Of a stretch of 64,000 nt of DNA, positions 20,695 through 33,550 are shown piece after piece. The first letter of the stretch is position 1; every line of letters starts with the position of its first letter. Under the pieces are notes generated by a model, which made no database searches, was not told where the DNA came from, and worked only from the letters and a program-made list of their open reading frames with translations. Origin of the DNA: Rebecca billardiae RCC1528. Its lineage: Eukaryota; Protista; Haptophyta. The stretch lies in the NCBI GenBank assembly GCA_965240325.2, contig OZ251246.1, forward strand, positions 1,054,001 through 1,118,000. The letters run 5' to 3'. A program made the position numbers and the translations under genes.

Positions 20695-22643
20695 GGTGGG
20701 TCCCTCCCAACTGGGGCGATATTCTGGCGCACTCAGAATGGCGTCCTAGATTTCGTCTCTCACCCAGAATCGACGCTATAAATGCGTCCCATCGGGGCGG
20801 AGCAAAAGTTTCGACCTCAAATCCTACTCCGCGTGCCGTCGCGCGGCCGAGCGCGCGCGCGCCGCGCCACTAGTGTCACATAGAGATTTTGCGAAGCGTT
20901 ACTTGATGGTTATGGTGGCTAGATGGCGACATGCGATCAGAATGACTTATTGGCAACCGTTGACACCCGACCGAACCATTTTATGAAGCAAAGAGTGGGG
21001 CTCTATGCTGTGCGCGGATACCTCCAACAAACTACAGCAAGATCGAGCAGATTACCCACTTTGTATATAGCCAATTACCCGTATATATAACGACGGTTAC
21101 CCACTTTATATTGACCATGGATGTGGCTCACTATATATTCAAATTCGTTCCGATATGTGGGTACGTTTGTTGGGTCATCGAATAGGCGCCGAGCGACGCG
21201 GACACAGGCAAACCGGGCCGCAACGGGACTGCCTGCGAGTGGCAGTGTTTGTGGCGGGCTGCGTGCCGAGGCACGCATCATCGCCCGCCACCAAGCATGT
21301 CACCGTCGTCACACGGGAGCCCTCCGCCGTCGAGGCTGGACTATCAGCCAACGCCACCGCCGGAGCTTGCCGCGCTCGGCGGCTTCCGTGCTCGTACTCA
21401 GCGTGTCACCGGTCGTCGTATGCCCACCCGCGTGAGGCCGCCACCAGTCCACGACTACCGCAGCTGCAGCCCATGCCGTGGACGATACCTCCTACAATCT
21501 TCTTGCCAGGCAGCAATACGATAGGTTCACCGACGCTGCTGCTAGGCTGAGAGCACTCAGCCAGTTGGCCGGCGAGACGTCAGATGGTTGAGCTGCTGGC
21601 CTAGCCATCACGTTGCGGCTTCCGCTCGCTCAAGTACACCCAACGTGACGACGAGAACGTGCCGGGCAATCATCAGACATGCGTCTGAGGGGTCTACCAC
21701 GCCTAGCCGTAGATTTGCTGAGTACGAGTCTTCGCAGATAACAAGCGGAACGAGTGGGACCACCCGATGGCAGGAGCAACAGCGTGGGGTGGCACCCGCG
21801 CCTGTCAACGCGACCGAGTTCTGTCAAGAATGGACCCATATCCTGCGACCACGCTCGAGCACCGCATATTATGCCCACACTCGGCATAGGGAAGGATCGC
21901 TGAGCGCCTGCTGCCGCTGTCAAAGGCCCTGCTGATCTTCCTGGCGCTTGATCGTGCACACGGATGGCAAGTCAGCGTGCTCGATGCACATCGCGGCGGC
22001 TTCTTAGCATCCCAAGTCCTCAGTGCACCCATCCCAGGCCTGCTGGTCGATTATTGGTACCAACCCCCACCAAACACGCCCTCTCGGAAGTCGCCAATCG
22101 CTCACATGGCTCCCCGAGAGCCCGGGGCTGGCTGTCGTGCGTTCTCACGAGCAGCTTGCGCGCAGCCCAATTGTCACCTTCACGGTGCGTAGAGCTGCTC
22201 AAGATGGCGGGAGCGTCAAGAGTATGCACATGCCTGATGGTGACCCATGCCTCCCGTCGCCTGACCCGCTTGTAGCGAAAAGTGACCCTGCTCGAAGGCA
22301 CGGGTCGAACACCTGCCGATCGATTCAAGTTGTCTGTACGCGTCTAGCCGGGCGAGAGTCAAACATGCCGGCCCGTGCCAGGCGGGGGATGTGTGACCAC
22401 GGATCCCATCCGTGAGCACGCGCAAAGCGCTGGAGCGCGCGATAGGTGTTGGCAGTAGTCTACCCGACACACGGCGGCTCGGTCGCGCTGGAGAGGCGCT
22501 CCGACATCGTCGGGAGCGTTCAGATCGGGACCCCGGCCGGCGGCCCGGCGATTTTCCCGAGCCGCGCTCCGCGCGAAAAGAAATCCGGCCATAAAACCCG
22601 GTAAATGTTTAAAAGACCGCTGGAAAATCGCCAGGGACCCACC
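20695..22643. mobile_element. Degenerate TIR element (about 1.95 kb), TA-flanked
   Basis: TA|GGTGGGTCCCT[ins]GGCGATATTC at left versus GAAAATCGCCAGGGACCCACC|TA at right. Lower-GC interior with no intact ORF. Confidence 0.6.
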
Positions 22644-22671
22644 TAGTCACTAGTATTATAAACTGTATAAC

Positions 22672-22986
22672 TGTCCGAGGGAATGAAGAGCCGAAACGAC
22701 TGAGCTAAATCGGTTCGCGCGAACCGATTTAGCTCAGTCGTTTCGGGCTCTTCATTCCCTCGGACATAACCGTAAGTCTCCTGTGGGACACCCCGCGAGG
22801 GGCTGTAGTCCCGTCCAGTGTTCTGACGGATTTGTTGTATCGAGGTTTTTCTCTCCCCGCCTGGTCTTTCCCAGGTGTTCCACCTTGCGTGCTCGTCTGC
22901 TCTCTGTCGGCGGTGGGTCGTTGTCCGGTTTCTGTGCGCGAACCGATTTAGCTCAGTCGTTTCGGGCGGCTTCATTCCCTCGGACA
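22672..22986. mobile_element. 315-bp TGT...ACA MITE with 5-bp TSD (ATAAC), possibly Ginger/TDD-like
   Basis: About 48-bp TIR TGTCCGAGGGAATGAAG...; ATAAC at 22667-22671 and 22987-22991; an extra internal TIR copy forms a hairpin at 22672-22766. Confidence 0.75.
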
Positions 22987-23100
22987 ATAACTGTGCACGT
23001 GCCATCGGACTTGATCGGATCTGCCGAGCAGCGACGCCTAGTTGACCTCAGTTGACGCGTTTACCAACTGGCCGCTGGCACCGAGACGCCGGGGCAGCGC

Positions 23101-24544
23101 TCAGTCGTCTTCCCCGTCCAGGCACATCCGGACGGTGTCCGCGCCGATCTTCTCGTCGCCGCACTTGGCGCACTCCTCCAGGCTCGGCCCCATCTTGCAC
23201 TGGACCGGGTTGCGGATGTTGCAGGTGGTCAGCCCGAACTGCGTCTCGATCGCCTTGGGAATCTCGCTGACGCGGGCGGTGAGCGCCTGCTCGAGCCGGC
23301 AGCCAAAGGTCTGCTCTTCCAGCTTGGTCTCGCACACGGCGGAGAGCGTGAGCTTCTTCGTGTTCTGCGGCCGGCGGGGAGCGGCGCCGCGCGAGCAGAG
23401 GGCGGCGCAGACGCGCAGGCTGAGCGGCGGAACCGCGGCAGCCGCGACACGTGACGCGCGGCGCCGCACGGGCACGGGGCGGGCCCCGGGCCGGGGGCGC
23501 GGGGCACGGCGGCCGCACGTGGTTGTAGCCCGCGGGGAACCCGTCGCCAAACTCGCAGTCCTCGTTGTACTGCGGCGCGCCAGGCGCGCGGCAGCGCGGC
23601 CATCCGGGGCGGGAGGTGCGGGCGGGGAGCGGCCGCAGTGCCAGCCGGCAGAGCGCTCAGCCAGGCGGCGTGCGCGGGCGGCCGCGCACGCGCACGCGGC
23701 GGCTCGCCCCACGCACCGAGGCGATCGCGTCCCGGACCTCCGCCGAGTTGCGCAGCACCGTGTTCACCGCGCCGCCGCACGCCGCCGCGTCGCCAAACGG
23801 CTCATCCACCTCGCACACGAAGTAGACGCCCGAGGAGCGTGCGCTCAGCGACTCGACGCTGACCGTCGTGTTGTGCCCGGCTTCCTCGAGGGCGATCCGT
23901 ACCGCCTCCGAGAGCGTCTCCTCCGCCCCGTTGTCTCTCGAGTCCCCGGCCAACTTGGCCATGAGTCGGGCCAGTTTCCGCCGACATGTGCTACGGCATG
24001 AGCGCCTCTTCGAGCGACTCTCGTCTGAGCAAGTGTCCCTGCAGCGCCTGAACTTGGCACGGATCTTGCGATAGGAGCCATGCGTCAGCTCCCGCCGCCC
24101 TTCGCTCTCGAGCAGGCCGCGCCGCCGCGCGTCCTCGACCTCGAGCCCCTCGTCCTCCTCCACGCGGCCTGGCTCGAGAACGGAGTTCCAAGCGTCCTCC
24201 ATAGCATTGTAGATGGACGAGCTCGAGTCCGCCATCGCGGTGCTGAATGCGTTGGCGGCGCCATCGTCGCCAAACTCGAACTCAGCCTCCATCTGCGTCG
24301 AGCTCTCGGCCTTGGGCGCGTCGACGAGCGGCGGCGGGTTCTTCGCCTGCACGTCGAGGTAGGAGAAGGCGATGATGACCAGGAGAAGAAGCACGACGAG
24401 CGGCGTGCAGCAGAGCCAGACGAGGCCACATTTGAGGCTCGGTGTGCAGCAGTACTCCTTGCCGCACTGCGCGACCTTGTTCCGCTTCGACGCGCCCTCC
24501 ACTTTCAGCGGCTGCTCGCCCGGCACCGCGCTCAAGCCGCTCAT
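23101..24544 (-). CDS. Cys-rich type II membrane protein of unknown function (exons 24544-23717, 23569-23519, 23364-23101)
   Basis: Single TM (LVVLLLLVIIAFSYL) and host-like codon usage. Two GT..AG introns give a continuous frame ending MCLDGEDD*. Confidence 0.75.
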
Positions 24545-25432
24545 GGCGAGCGTCGCTGCAGACCTCGTCAATCCCGTGGCGAGCGGCAACGGCCTTGGGA
24601 GATGTAGATAAACGCCCGCCCAACTTCGACCAACTTTAATCAATGATGAACTTTACCCATCAAGTGCCCGGGCGGTCGTCGACACGAAGTCGGCGTTGGT
24701 GGCAGAGCATACAGTAGCCTGCACCGCGATCGAATTGCTTGAGCGCGGCCTTGAGCTGCTGGAGTGCGATCCACCTGCGCTGCGCGGCTCGGCCCCGAAC
24801 CAGGGCGACTTAAGGGTGCCTAGGTCAGGATGTCCGAGCTGGCAGTCTCAGCCGCTGGTAGCAGCTGGTCCGGACTGGTCGAGCCTGCCCCGTGCCGTCC
24901 CCAGGCGGTCGCGTACGCGCTTGCCGCTCGAGCCGGCTGGACCTGGCTGGCTGGCGGCGGCTGGCGCTGCGGCGTCGTCCACCAGGGTGCGCTAATCGCC
25001 CGCTGCGGCGATGCCTAATCGACCTCGTCCGGTCCAAGTCGTCGCCCGGGGGCGAGACTGGCCGCCTTTTTTACCGCCCGTGGAGACTAGTTGGTTGGGC
25101 GGGGCTGGCCAGGGTAAATACCCGGTTAATTCATTCCTTTAATTGCGGCGCAGCCTGGAGTGAGTGGAGTGCGCTGTATACTATATCCGATATACAGCTA
25201 TATTCAGTCCGCCGCGTACATCATGCAGTCACATATCGTCGCGACGAGTCGGACGCGCTGCGAATTATAAACTACGACCGCGGACGCGGTATAAGCCGAC
25301 CGGCGAGTGTGTGAGTGACTCGTACCGTGTTCTCTGACTCCGATTGAGGCGCGCCATTTAGTCGTCATTATTGTCCGCGCATCCTCATGATCATAATCCT
25401 CATCATCCTAGATCATTCTTACTAGAAGCCTG

Positions 25433-26254
25433 TTACATGAACTTGTCGTCTGGTGCGGTTGCACTCAGGGGCGTTGCTGCAGCAGAGTCTTGGCCGCGCC
25501 GCCGAAACGAAGTCGTGCCGGCTCCGGAGGCTACCCGGCTGTCCGGCGAGAAGCTGCTGCCGGACGGCCCTGGCGCTACCTGCGAGCTGCCACCGCTGGA
25601 CGAGGCGCCGCGCAGCTTCTGCGCGCGCTGCTCCTCGCGCGCTCGCCGCTCCTCCTCGTCTTTGGCCGCTGCTTGTGCGGCCGCGCGCTGCTCTCGCGCA
25701 AAGCGGTAGTTCGGTGGCTCAGCCAGCAGCAAGGGGCACTCAGAGGCCATCGACTTGAAGTCATAGAAGAGCACGACTTCGATGGCCGGCGCCGTCCATT
25801 CGCCACTCGAATTCAACACTGACGACTGCCGCCTGTGCCCTCCAGCCTCGGCGGTTTGCATTGACGATCGCCGCCTGTTCGTGGAGGCACCATCCGCAGC
25901 GGGAGCCCCTGCCGGGCCGTCGAGGTCCTCGAGCGTCGCCATCATGTTGTGAAGCTGGCTCGACGTCGATACTTCGTCCTTGTACAGGCGCACGTCCAGC
26001 GCGGACACGCTGCCGCCGTGGCGTGCGGCGATGATCTCGCACACGTCTGTGAGTCGGAGCGAGAGCGGCACACGCTTGGAGAAGTTGAGGTAGGACCACG
26101 TGACGAGGCGCAGCGACATGGTGACCCAGGGGACGATCACGGGCGTGGGTAGTACAATCGGATCCGGCTCTGCGAGCGCCTCGTCTACCTTGGCCTTGCT
26201 GGAGGACGAGCGCTTCTTCCCCTTGGGGCTTCCCCCCTTCTTCTTCGGCGCCAT
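25433..26254 (-). CDS. Hypothetical protein, possible ubiquitin-like fold, possibly ciliary
   Basis: MAPKKKGG start; globular core LRLVTWSYLNF..IAARHGG..LYK..LFYDFK..CPLLL. The fold assignment is from recall and unverified. Confidence 0.65.
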   Translation of the reverse strand: MAPKKKGGSPKGKKRSSSSKAKVDEALAEPDPIVLPTPVIVPWVTMSLRLVTWSYLNFSKRVPLSLRLTDVCEIIAARHGGSVSALDVRLYKDEVSTSSQLHNMMATLEDLDGPAGAPAADGASTNRRRSSMQTAEAGGHRRQSSVLNSSGEWTAPAIEVVLFYDFKSMASECPLLLAEPPNYRFAREQRAAAQAAAKDEEERRAREEQRAQKLRGASSSGGSSQVAPGPSGSSFSPDSRVASGAGTTSFRRRGQDSAAATPLSATAPDDKFM

Positions 26255-26494
26255 CGTCCACTCACGCCCGCCGACGGGGCGACAAGCCCGCGAAACGAAC
26301 CAAAGTCGTTACGGGCCGACGGTCGTTACTGCACGTTAAATCATAGTAAACTGTACACGGTGACTGGTCCGGTCCTCGCCCGTCCGGGCTTGTCGCGGCC
26401 ACACGTCATAGATCGCCCGAGCTTGATCAAGAAGGCGAGCGGCCGCCTCCAAGACAGCGGCGCGGACGGTGGGCGCGGCGCGCGCGACTCCGCG

Positions 26495-27556
26495 ATGGCC
26501 ATCACGTCGACACGCAGCGAGGGCCTGGCGACGCCGACGCCATGGGACGCGCACGAGGAGCTCGCCGTGCTCTGTGTCGACGCGTGCACCGGGCGCGGGG
26601 CCGCGTGGTCCGACCAGGCCGTGCTGACGAGGAAGATGGCTGCCGCCGCGCGCACGCTCGTGGCACACCCGAGCCTCATCAAGTCACTGAGCGCCGAGGA
26701 GGACGGCCTGCCGGCGCTGCTGCGCAAGGTGGATGATACGCCGCACGCCGAGCTCCTTCGCGGCGCGATGGCCTGCGCGGAGGCTGAGCTCTCGCCCCCT
26801 GCGCTCGGCGGCCTGCTCGCACTTCTCGCCTTGGGCGGTGCGATCGCTGTCAAGGCCTGCACTGCGCTCAGCGGGACGGACGGGCTGCTGCTGATGGCCC
26901 TTGCTACCATCTGCTGCGCGCTCATATTCCGAGTGCTGCACACCGCCATGCTCACGCGCGAGCGACGCGCCGCCCTGAGCATGCTGCTCGAGAAGCACGC
27001 GGCGGCGGTCGCGCGCCACACGGCGCCGGCGGGTGGCGCGGACGCACCGCGCGGCCGTGCCGGCAGCGACAGCGGGCCGCGCGACGGCGAGCGCCCAAGT
27101 GCGCGCGACGGCGAGCGCCCGAGTGCGCGCGACGGGTCGCACGCCGACGAGGCCATCCCGCAGGCCATCGCCGCTGCGGCCGCTGCCCTGCACCAGCGCG
27201 CCGAGGGCCTCACGCCAGAGGCCACGCTCGCGGCCGCTCAGCAGGAGCTCTCGCGAGCGTTTGGGGCCAGCGGGGCCGCGCCGGCGGGTGACGACAGGCG
27301 CGCGGCAGATGCGCTGCTGATCGACGAGGTGGTGGCGCGACTGGCCGAGCTGCGCGCGCGCCGCGCCGAAGGGCGGCTGGCGCACACCGAGGGCCTGCTT
27401 GACTGGGAGGTGATCGATGCCGTCGTGGACGCGGGCGCGCGGCCCTCGCGCGCCTCGGACGAGTCTGCTGCTGCGCCGGCCGCCGACGAAGTGGCGGCCG
27501 CACCGGGCGGGCCCAGCGACGGGGCAGGCGCCGTGGCGTGCGCTGGACGACACTGA
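26495..27556 (+). CDS. Hypothetical membrane protein (2 TM)
   Basis: Long ORF with host-like codon usage and two hydrophobic helices; no family recognised. Confidence 0.6.
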   Translation: MAITSTRSEGLATPTPWDAHEELAVLCVDACTGRGAAWSDQAVLTRKMAAAARTLVAHPSLIKSLSAEEDGLPALLRKVDDTPHAELLRGAMACAEAELSPPALGGLLALLALGGAIAVKACTALSGTDGLLLMALATICCALIFRVLHTAMLTRERRAALSMLLEKHAAAVARHTAPAGGADAPRGRAGSDSGPRDGERPSARDGERPSARDGSHADEAIPQAIAAAAAALHQRAEGLTPEATLAAAQQELSRAFGASGAAPAGDDRRAADALLIDEVVARLAELRARRAEGRLAHTEGLLDWEVIDAVVDAGARPSRASDESAAAPAADEVAAAPGGPSDGAGAVACAGRH

Positions 27557-27939
27557 TACGGGACGGCTTCACGCGGATGAACCCACTGCGGCAGCGCAGA
27601 GCTTGCGGCGCGCTACTTCGTCGCCGGCGATCGTCGGGCTTCCGTGTCGTCAGGCTCAAGCGGCTTTATCAGTCAGAGATTCATCGGCGAGTGCTCGTCA
27701 TGATCATCAGGTCGCACGCACGACAGTATTATATATGACTATAACAACTTACATCATCATCGTCACGACCGCGGTCTGCGCGCCGTGTGCCTATAAGACA
27801 GCCTAAGTTCTGTACGAGTGGACTGCGTGGGCGCCCAGCCGGCCGTGGGCGAGGTCTGGCGCTCACAGCTCGCGCACGGCCAGTGACTCCAGTGGGTGAG
27901 ACTGAGAGTGTCCGTTGCCTGTGCTGCACGGGCCCGGCC

Positions 27940-30295
27940 TCAGTCCTCGTCCGCCTCCTCCTCGGGCTCTGGGGTCTGCTCCTCCTCCACGTCGTCGCAC
28001 GCAAAGCGGTACGCGTGCACGCCAAACGTGGTGAAGCCGCCGATGGGCCGCCTGCAGCCGAGGTCGTAGCAGGTGGTGCCGTAGCTCAGCCCGTGCTTGT
28101 ACGCGACCTTTTTGAAGAGCGTCGGCAGGCAGGTTACCCTGCACTCGGGCTGGCGCAGCGTGCGGTTGCTCTCGTAGTACGGCCAGTACATCCAGCCGTC
28201 CTGCACGTATTTCTGATATGATCGTGATGTGAAGAATGCATGATGGAGCCGCAGTGGAGTGAGAATGAGTAGGCAGTGCCACACGCGTGTGCAGCATGCG
28301 GAGATGCGCGCAGGGGCCGGGCGGCGCAGCGGGTGGGGCGAGGGCGTGAGGCGCCGACAGCGCGCGGGGAGTGCGCGGCACGGGCACGCGCCGACGTCGC
28401 CGCGCCGCGTGCGCGCACGTCGGGGCACCACGGGTTGCTGTCCTCGGCCGTCGGTGCCAGATCCTCCGGCGGGCAGTACCAGTCCTCGGGCTCGTAGTCT
28501 CCCGTCCTGCGAGGCGCGCGCGCGGCGCGGCGCGGGCGCGGGGGCGGGCGAGAGTGTGACGAGCGCCCGTCGCGCCTCCGCGGCGGCGCGCCTCCGCGGC
28601 GGCGCCGCGCGCGCGCGCGCACCACGGCGTGGTGACCCTGTCGAAGCCCGCGCACTGGTCGATGTGGTAGTTCAGGTCCGTGTACTTGACCTTGCCCGCG
28701 CGCGCCTGCACGGCAATGTCGCGGTAGATTCGCTGCTGCAGTCTCTCGCGCACGTCAGCGAGGACGGCGCAGTCGGTGTGGTTGGCGAAGCGGAGCGGGT
28801 CGTCGTCCGCACGGCCGGGCACGCCGACGCGCTCCCCCTTGCACTCCACCTCCGCGTCGTGCTCGTGGTCCTTGCAGTCGCCCTCCTTCACATCCTCGTC
28901 CAGCTCGCACTCCAGCACCGCCGCCTCAGAGCCGTTGCAGACGGGGGCCATCAGGTGCAGAGGCGAGTTGCGGATGTCCTTGTGGCGCGAGCGGTCGTGC
29001 GTGGTCACGGAGAGCGCGCCCTCGGGGTACCCCAGCTCGCGGCACACCACGTCCGGCCCCGCGAGGTTCTCGCGGAACCGCAGCCCGCACAGGTTGCCCC
29101 AGCCGCCCGCCGCAAAGTCGTACGTCTGCACGAGGCCCTTGGGGTAGGCGCTCAGCCGCGCGGCGCCGTCGCACGTCTCGCGCACGGGCAGCGCGAGGGC
29201 GTGGCCGTGGTGCCTGTCCCGGTGCCTGTCGTGGTGCTCCCGCTCGTGGTGCTCCTTCTCCTTGTGCTCCCGCTCGCGGTGGTGCCGCTCCCTCCCGTGG
29301 TGCTTGTCCTTGTGCTCGTCGCCGTGGCCGTCCGCCTCTGAGCCCGAGCCGAGCGGCGGGGGCGGCAGCTCGCAGTACTCCTTGGGCACGTGCGAGCCGA
29401 GCGCGGCCTCGCAGGTGATGCGCACGTCGTACTTGTGCTTGCGACAGTTCTTCTCCAGGTCGTCGTGCTCCACGCAGCCCGCCAGCGAGCTCTCGTTCCC
29501 CGTCGCGCACGCGGTGCCCAGCTTCGTCACGGCCGAGTCCTTCACCTCGCGCTCGTGCTCGCGGTTCACCACCTCCGGCGGCGCGCCCGACGAGCGCGCG
29601 TAGCCGAGCTGGCGGCAGACCACGTCGGCGCCCTTCGCGTCCTCGCGGAAGAAGAGGCCGCACAGCGAGCCCCAGTGCCCGGCGCGCGCGCCCTCCCCGC
29701 TCGCGCCCTCCGCCTCCCTGAAGACTTCCACAAAGCCGGTCGGGTACGCGCTGAGCCGCGCGTCGCCCGTGCGCGCGGGCATGCACTGCAGCGGCGGCGA
29801 GGGCGGCGGCGGGGAGGACGGCATGGGCGGTGGCGGCGGTGAGAACGGCACCTCCGGCGGCACCGGCTCCGGGCACCTGAACGCGAGGACGGTCACCTGC
29901 GCGTGCTCCTCCGCGTGCAAGAACGTGTCGCACCCAAAGTCGTCCACACACGACTTGCCAAAGCGCGCGCCGTGCGCCCGGCCGAGGCGTGCCCACTCGG
30001 GGGGGAAGCAGAGCTGCAAGCAGGTGTGCTCGTCCTCCCCGGCCATGAACGCCGTCGGCCAGCTCTCGTCCCCGCCGCAGCGTGGCAGCCCGCCGCTCGC
30101 GACATAAGCAGCCGTGGCCTCGACCTCGTGGCCGCGGTGCGAGCGCGCGTGGTGATGGATCTCGCTCGGGGCGGCCGTCGAACGGTCTTCTCGAAGCATC
30201 AGTGTCAGTGCCACCAGCGTGCCAACCGCCAACCCCGCAGCCACGGCCCCGCGCACGCGCCGGCCGCATCGAACCCCCGCCAGCTGGGCCCGCAT
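27940..30295 (-). CDS. Type II membrane protein with two SRCR domains, paralog 1 (introns 28622-28507, 28418-28213)
   Basis: G.VEV..WGSLC..ADVVCRQLGY and WGNLC..DVVCRELGY..CNGSE..C SRCR patterns; N-terminal TM; His-rich linker. Confidence 0.87.
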
Positions 30296-31397
30296 CGTGA
30301 TGACTGCGGCCAGCCCCGCACCGCAATTGTGAGCTCACGGCCACCGGGTTCGTAGCTCTTCCACCGCCGGAATGGAACAGCACTTGCTGTTCGTCGTCGT
30401 CAGTCCGGCACGCGAAAGCGCCGGTGACTTTGATGCGCACGAACCGGCACGATGCGCCCGCCTCGGTGCTTACGACCGTGACGCCGTCTTCGAAGCTCGG
30501 CATGTCGATGGCGGCGGGCCCGCGAGCACCGAGTGGCTCCGCGAGGAAAGAACGCTTGAGCAGGGCGCGAGCTGAGAGCAGCTATGGTACGCACGGTAGC
30601 AGGGAGTGCTGCTGATGCCGCCATCCGGAGGCATGCCATGCGCCGACATGCGCCGATGCAAGCGCACGCGGCCGAGCGCGAGCCACGCACAGCTGAATCG
30701 TCACTGCAGGTCTGACAGAGGTTGGGTTTACCTGTCGGGACTACCAGCTCGCTGCGAGAAGCTACTGCGCCTTATTATCCACACCTGCTGGCGGCTGTTC
30801 CAGCATGCAGTGTCAGTGCCTATGCCGTGGCATCGACCCCGGGCCCGACCGCCGGGCGGGGCGACCGCACTACCATTGTGCAGCATCACAGCTAAGTGGC
30901 GGCGCCAGCGGCTCGGCGACGTCCAGTTGCCGGTAACCATCGGCGACGATGAAAACCTGACACATGGCGCGCCTTGAGATCAATCCATATCGTCTGCAAC
31001 TGACGATATGCTTACCTGATAGTACTATATATACTCTAAGTGAGTCTATTACGTGCGGGGCCGCCGGCGGTCACTCTGTCAGTGTCACTGAGCACTGACC
31101 CGCCGCGTCTGCGCGCCCGGGACCGTCGCCACTCGGGCCGGTCATGGTGCGTCTAGTAACTAGTGTCTGTGCGTCACACTCACATGCTCCTCATCACTGA
31201 GCTTGTCACACCGTCCGGTCAGTGAGTCCATGACCATGTCCTGGGCATGAGTCACCGAAATCCGAAATCAGAGTTCAGACACTTCGGGTGAATCGGGTCG
31301 GCCACCGCGAGCAGTCCTGCGTGTCAGCGGGCTGCAGCCGCTCCGAAGCAAAGTCCAAGACGGAGTCAGCGCCGACGCGTCGTCGCCAGAGCCCGCT

Positions 31398-33550
31398 CTA
31401 GCTCTCCGGCTCGACGCCCTCCGGCCACTGCTCCTCCTCCACGTCGTCGCACGCAAAGCGGTACGCGTGCACGCCAAACTTGGTGAAGCCGCCGATGGCG
31501 CGTCTGCAGCCGAGCTCGTAGCAGGTGGTGCCGTAGCTCAGCCCGTGCTTGTACGCGATGCTCTTAAAGAGCGGTGGTATGCAGACGGTCCTGCACTCGG
31601 GCTGGCGCAGCGCCCTGTCCTGCGGCACGAACGGCCAGAACATCCACGCGTCCTGCACAAACTTCTGCTCAGCCGCGCGCGCGCGCACAGGGCCCCCGAG
31701 CACGCAAGGGACAGCCCGGGCGGGTGAGGCTGACGCTGGGCGGCGCGCTGGGGGCGGGTCCCGCGCTAGCGCGGTGTCGCGCGCACATCCGGGCACCACG
31801 GGTTGGGGTCGTCTCTTGTCGGCTTGACGTCGCTGGGTGGGCAGTACCAGTCGTCACCCGCGTAGTCACCCGTCCTGCGCGCGCGCGCGCGCGGGCGCGC
31901 GCACGCGGTCACGGGGTCACGCGCGAGTCAAGAGCGCCCGCCTCAGCAGCGCTGGCGATATGGCTCGAGTGATGGGTGGGCGCCCTCGCGGCTCGCGTGC
32001 ACGCGCACGCACCACTTCGTGGTCCGCTCAAAGTACCCGCACATGTCGATGTGGAAGTCGAAGTCATCTGCCTTCATCTTGCCCTGGCGCGCGCGGAGCG
32101 AGAGCTCGGCGTCAATAATGGCCTGCAGCCGCTTGGCCGCGCGCGCGACGGTCGCGCAGTCCGTGTGGTTGGCGAAGCGGTACGGGTCGTCCCCCGCGCG
32201 GCCGGGGAGCGGCACGCGCTCGCCCTTGCACGTGACCTCCGCGTCGAACTTGTGGTCCTTGCAATCGCCCTCTTTGACCTCGTGCGCGCGCGGGCACTCG
32301 AGCACCGCCTCCTCCGTGCCGTTGCAGACGGGCGCCATGATGTGCAGAGGCGAGCGCTTCACGTCCTTGCTGCGCGAGCGGTCGTGCGTGCTCACCGACA
32401 GCGCGCCCTCGGGGTACCCCAGCTCGCGGCACACGACGGACGGGCCGACCAGGCTCGATCGGAACTGCAGGCCGCACAGGTTGCCCCAGCCGCCCTCCGC
32501 AAAGTCGTACGTCTGCACGAGGCCCGTCGGGTAGTCTGTGAGGCGCGCCGCGCCGTCGCACGTCTCGCGCACGCGCGGCGCCTCAGGCTCGTCGTGCCCG
32601 CGCCGCCGCTTGTGCTTGTCCTTCTTGTTGCCCTTGGTGATGTACGCCGGCACCTCGCAGTACTCCCTGGGCAGGTCGCTGTGCGGCACCTTGGTCCCGA
32701 CGCACGAGATGCGCACGTCGTAGTTGTGGTCGAAGCAGCCGTCCTTGTCGTCAGAGTGCTGCTCGCAGCGCGCGAGCGACGGCTCGTCCCCCGTCTTGCA
32801 CGACGTGCCCAGCCGCGTGACGGGCTCGGCCTGCGCCTCCTCGTCGGCGTGGCGGTCGACGGTCTCGGGCAGCGCGCCCGACGAGCGCGCGTACCCCAGC
32901 TGGCGGCACACCACGTCCGCCCCCTTCGTGTCCTCCCGGAAGAAGAGGCCACACAGGGAGCCCCACGAGCCGGCGCGCGGCCCGTCGCCCTTCGCGCCGT
33001 CCGCCTCCTGGAAGACCTCGACGATGCCCTTGGGGTACGCGGTGAGCCGAGCGTCGCCGGTGCGCGCCGGCACGCACGGCTGCGCCGGCGGCAGCGGCTT
33101 GGGGCACGAGAAGACGAGCGATTCGAACCCGTCGTAGTACTGCTCCGCGCGCACAAACGTGCTGCACCCAAAGTCGTCCACGCACGACTTGCCAAAGCGC
33201 GCGCCGTGCGCGTGGCCGATCATCACGTACTCGGGCGGGAGGCACAGCTGTATGCACGTGTTCGGCTCCTTCCCCGCCGCGTACGCCTGCGGCCAGTCCT
33301 GCCCCCCGCCGCACCTCGGCAGCTCGCCCTCTGCCAAGTCGGCCGGGTTGGGCAACTGATTCCGGGCGTGCGGATGCGCCCGCGGGGAGGAGTGCGGGCG
33401 ACGGTGGTGCATCAAGGCGGCAGGGCCCGAGCTCGACACCTGCCCTGTCAGGACCAGCCCCAGCGCGATGAGCGCGCCGACGCCCACGGCAGCCGCCACG
33501 GCGGCGCGCACGCGCCGGCCGGGCTGCGTGCCCGTCATCGTGCTGATCAT
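31398..33550 (-). CDS. Type II membrane protein with two SRCR domains, paralog 2 (introns 32012-31875, 31786-31665)
   Basis: Collinear with paralog 1, with the same domain order and intron positions. Confidence 0.87.

Noticed and set aside
30300-30503. Upstream coding exon for SRCR paralog 1
   Set aside because: The best splice donor/acceptor pair is out of frame with the SRCR ORF.
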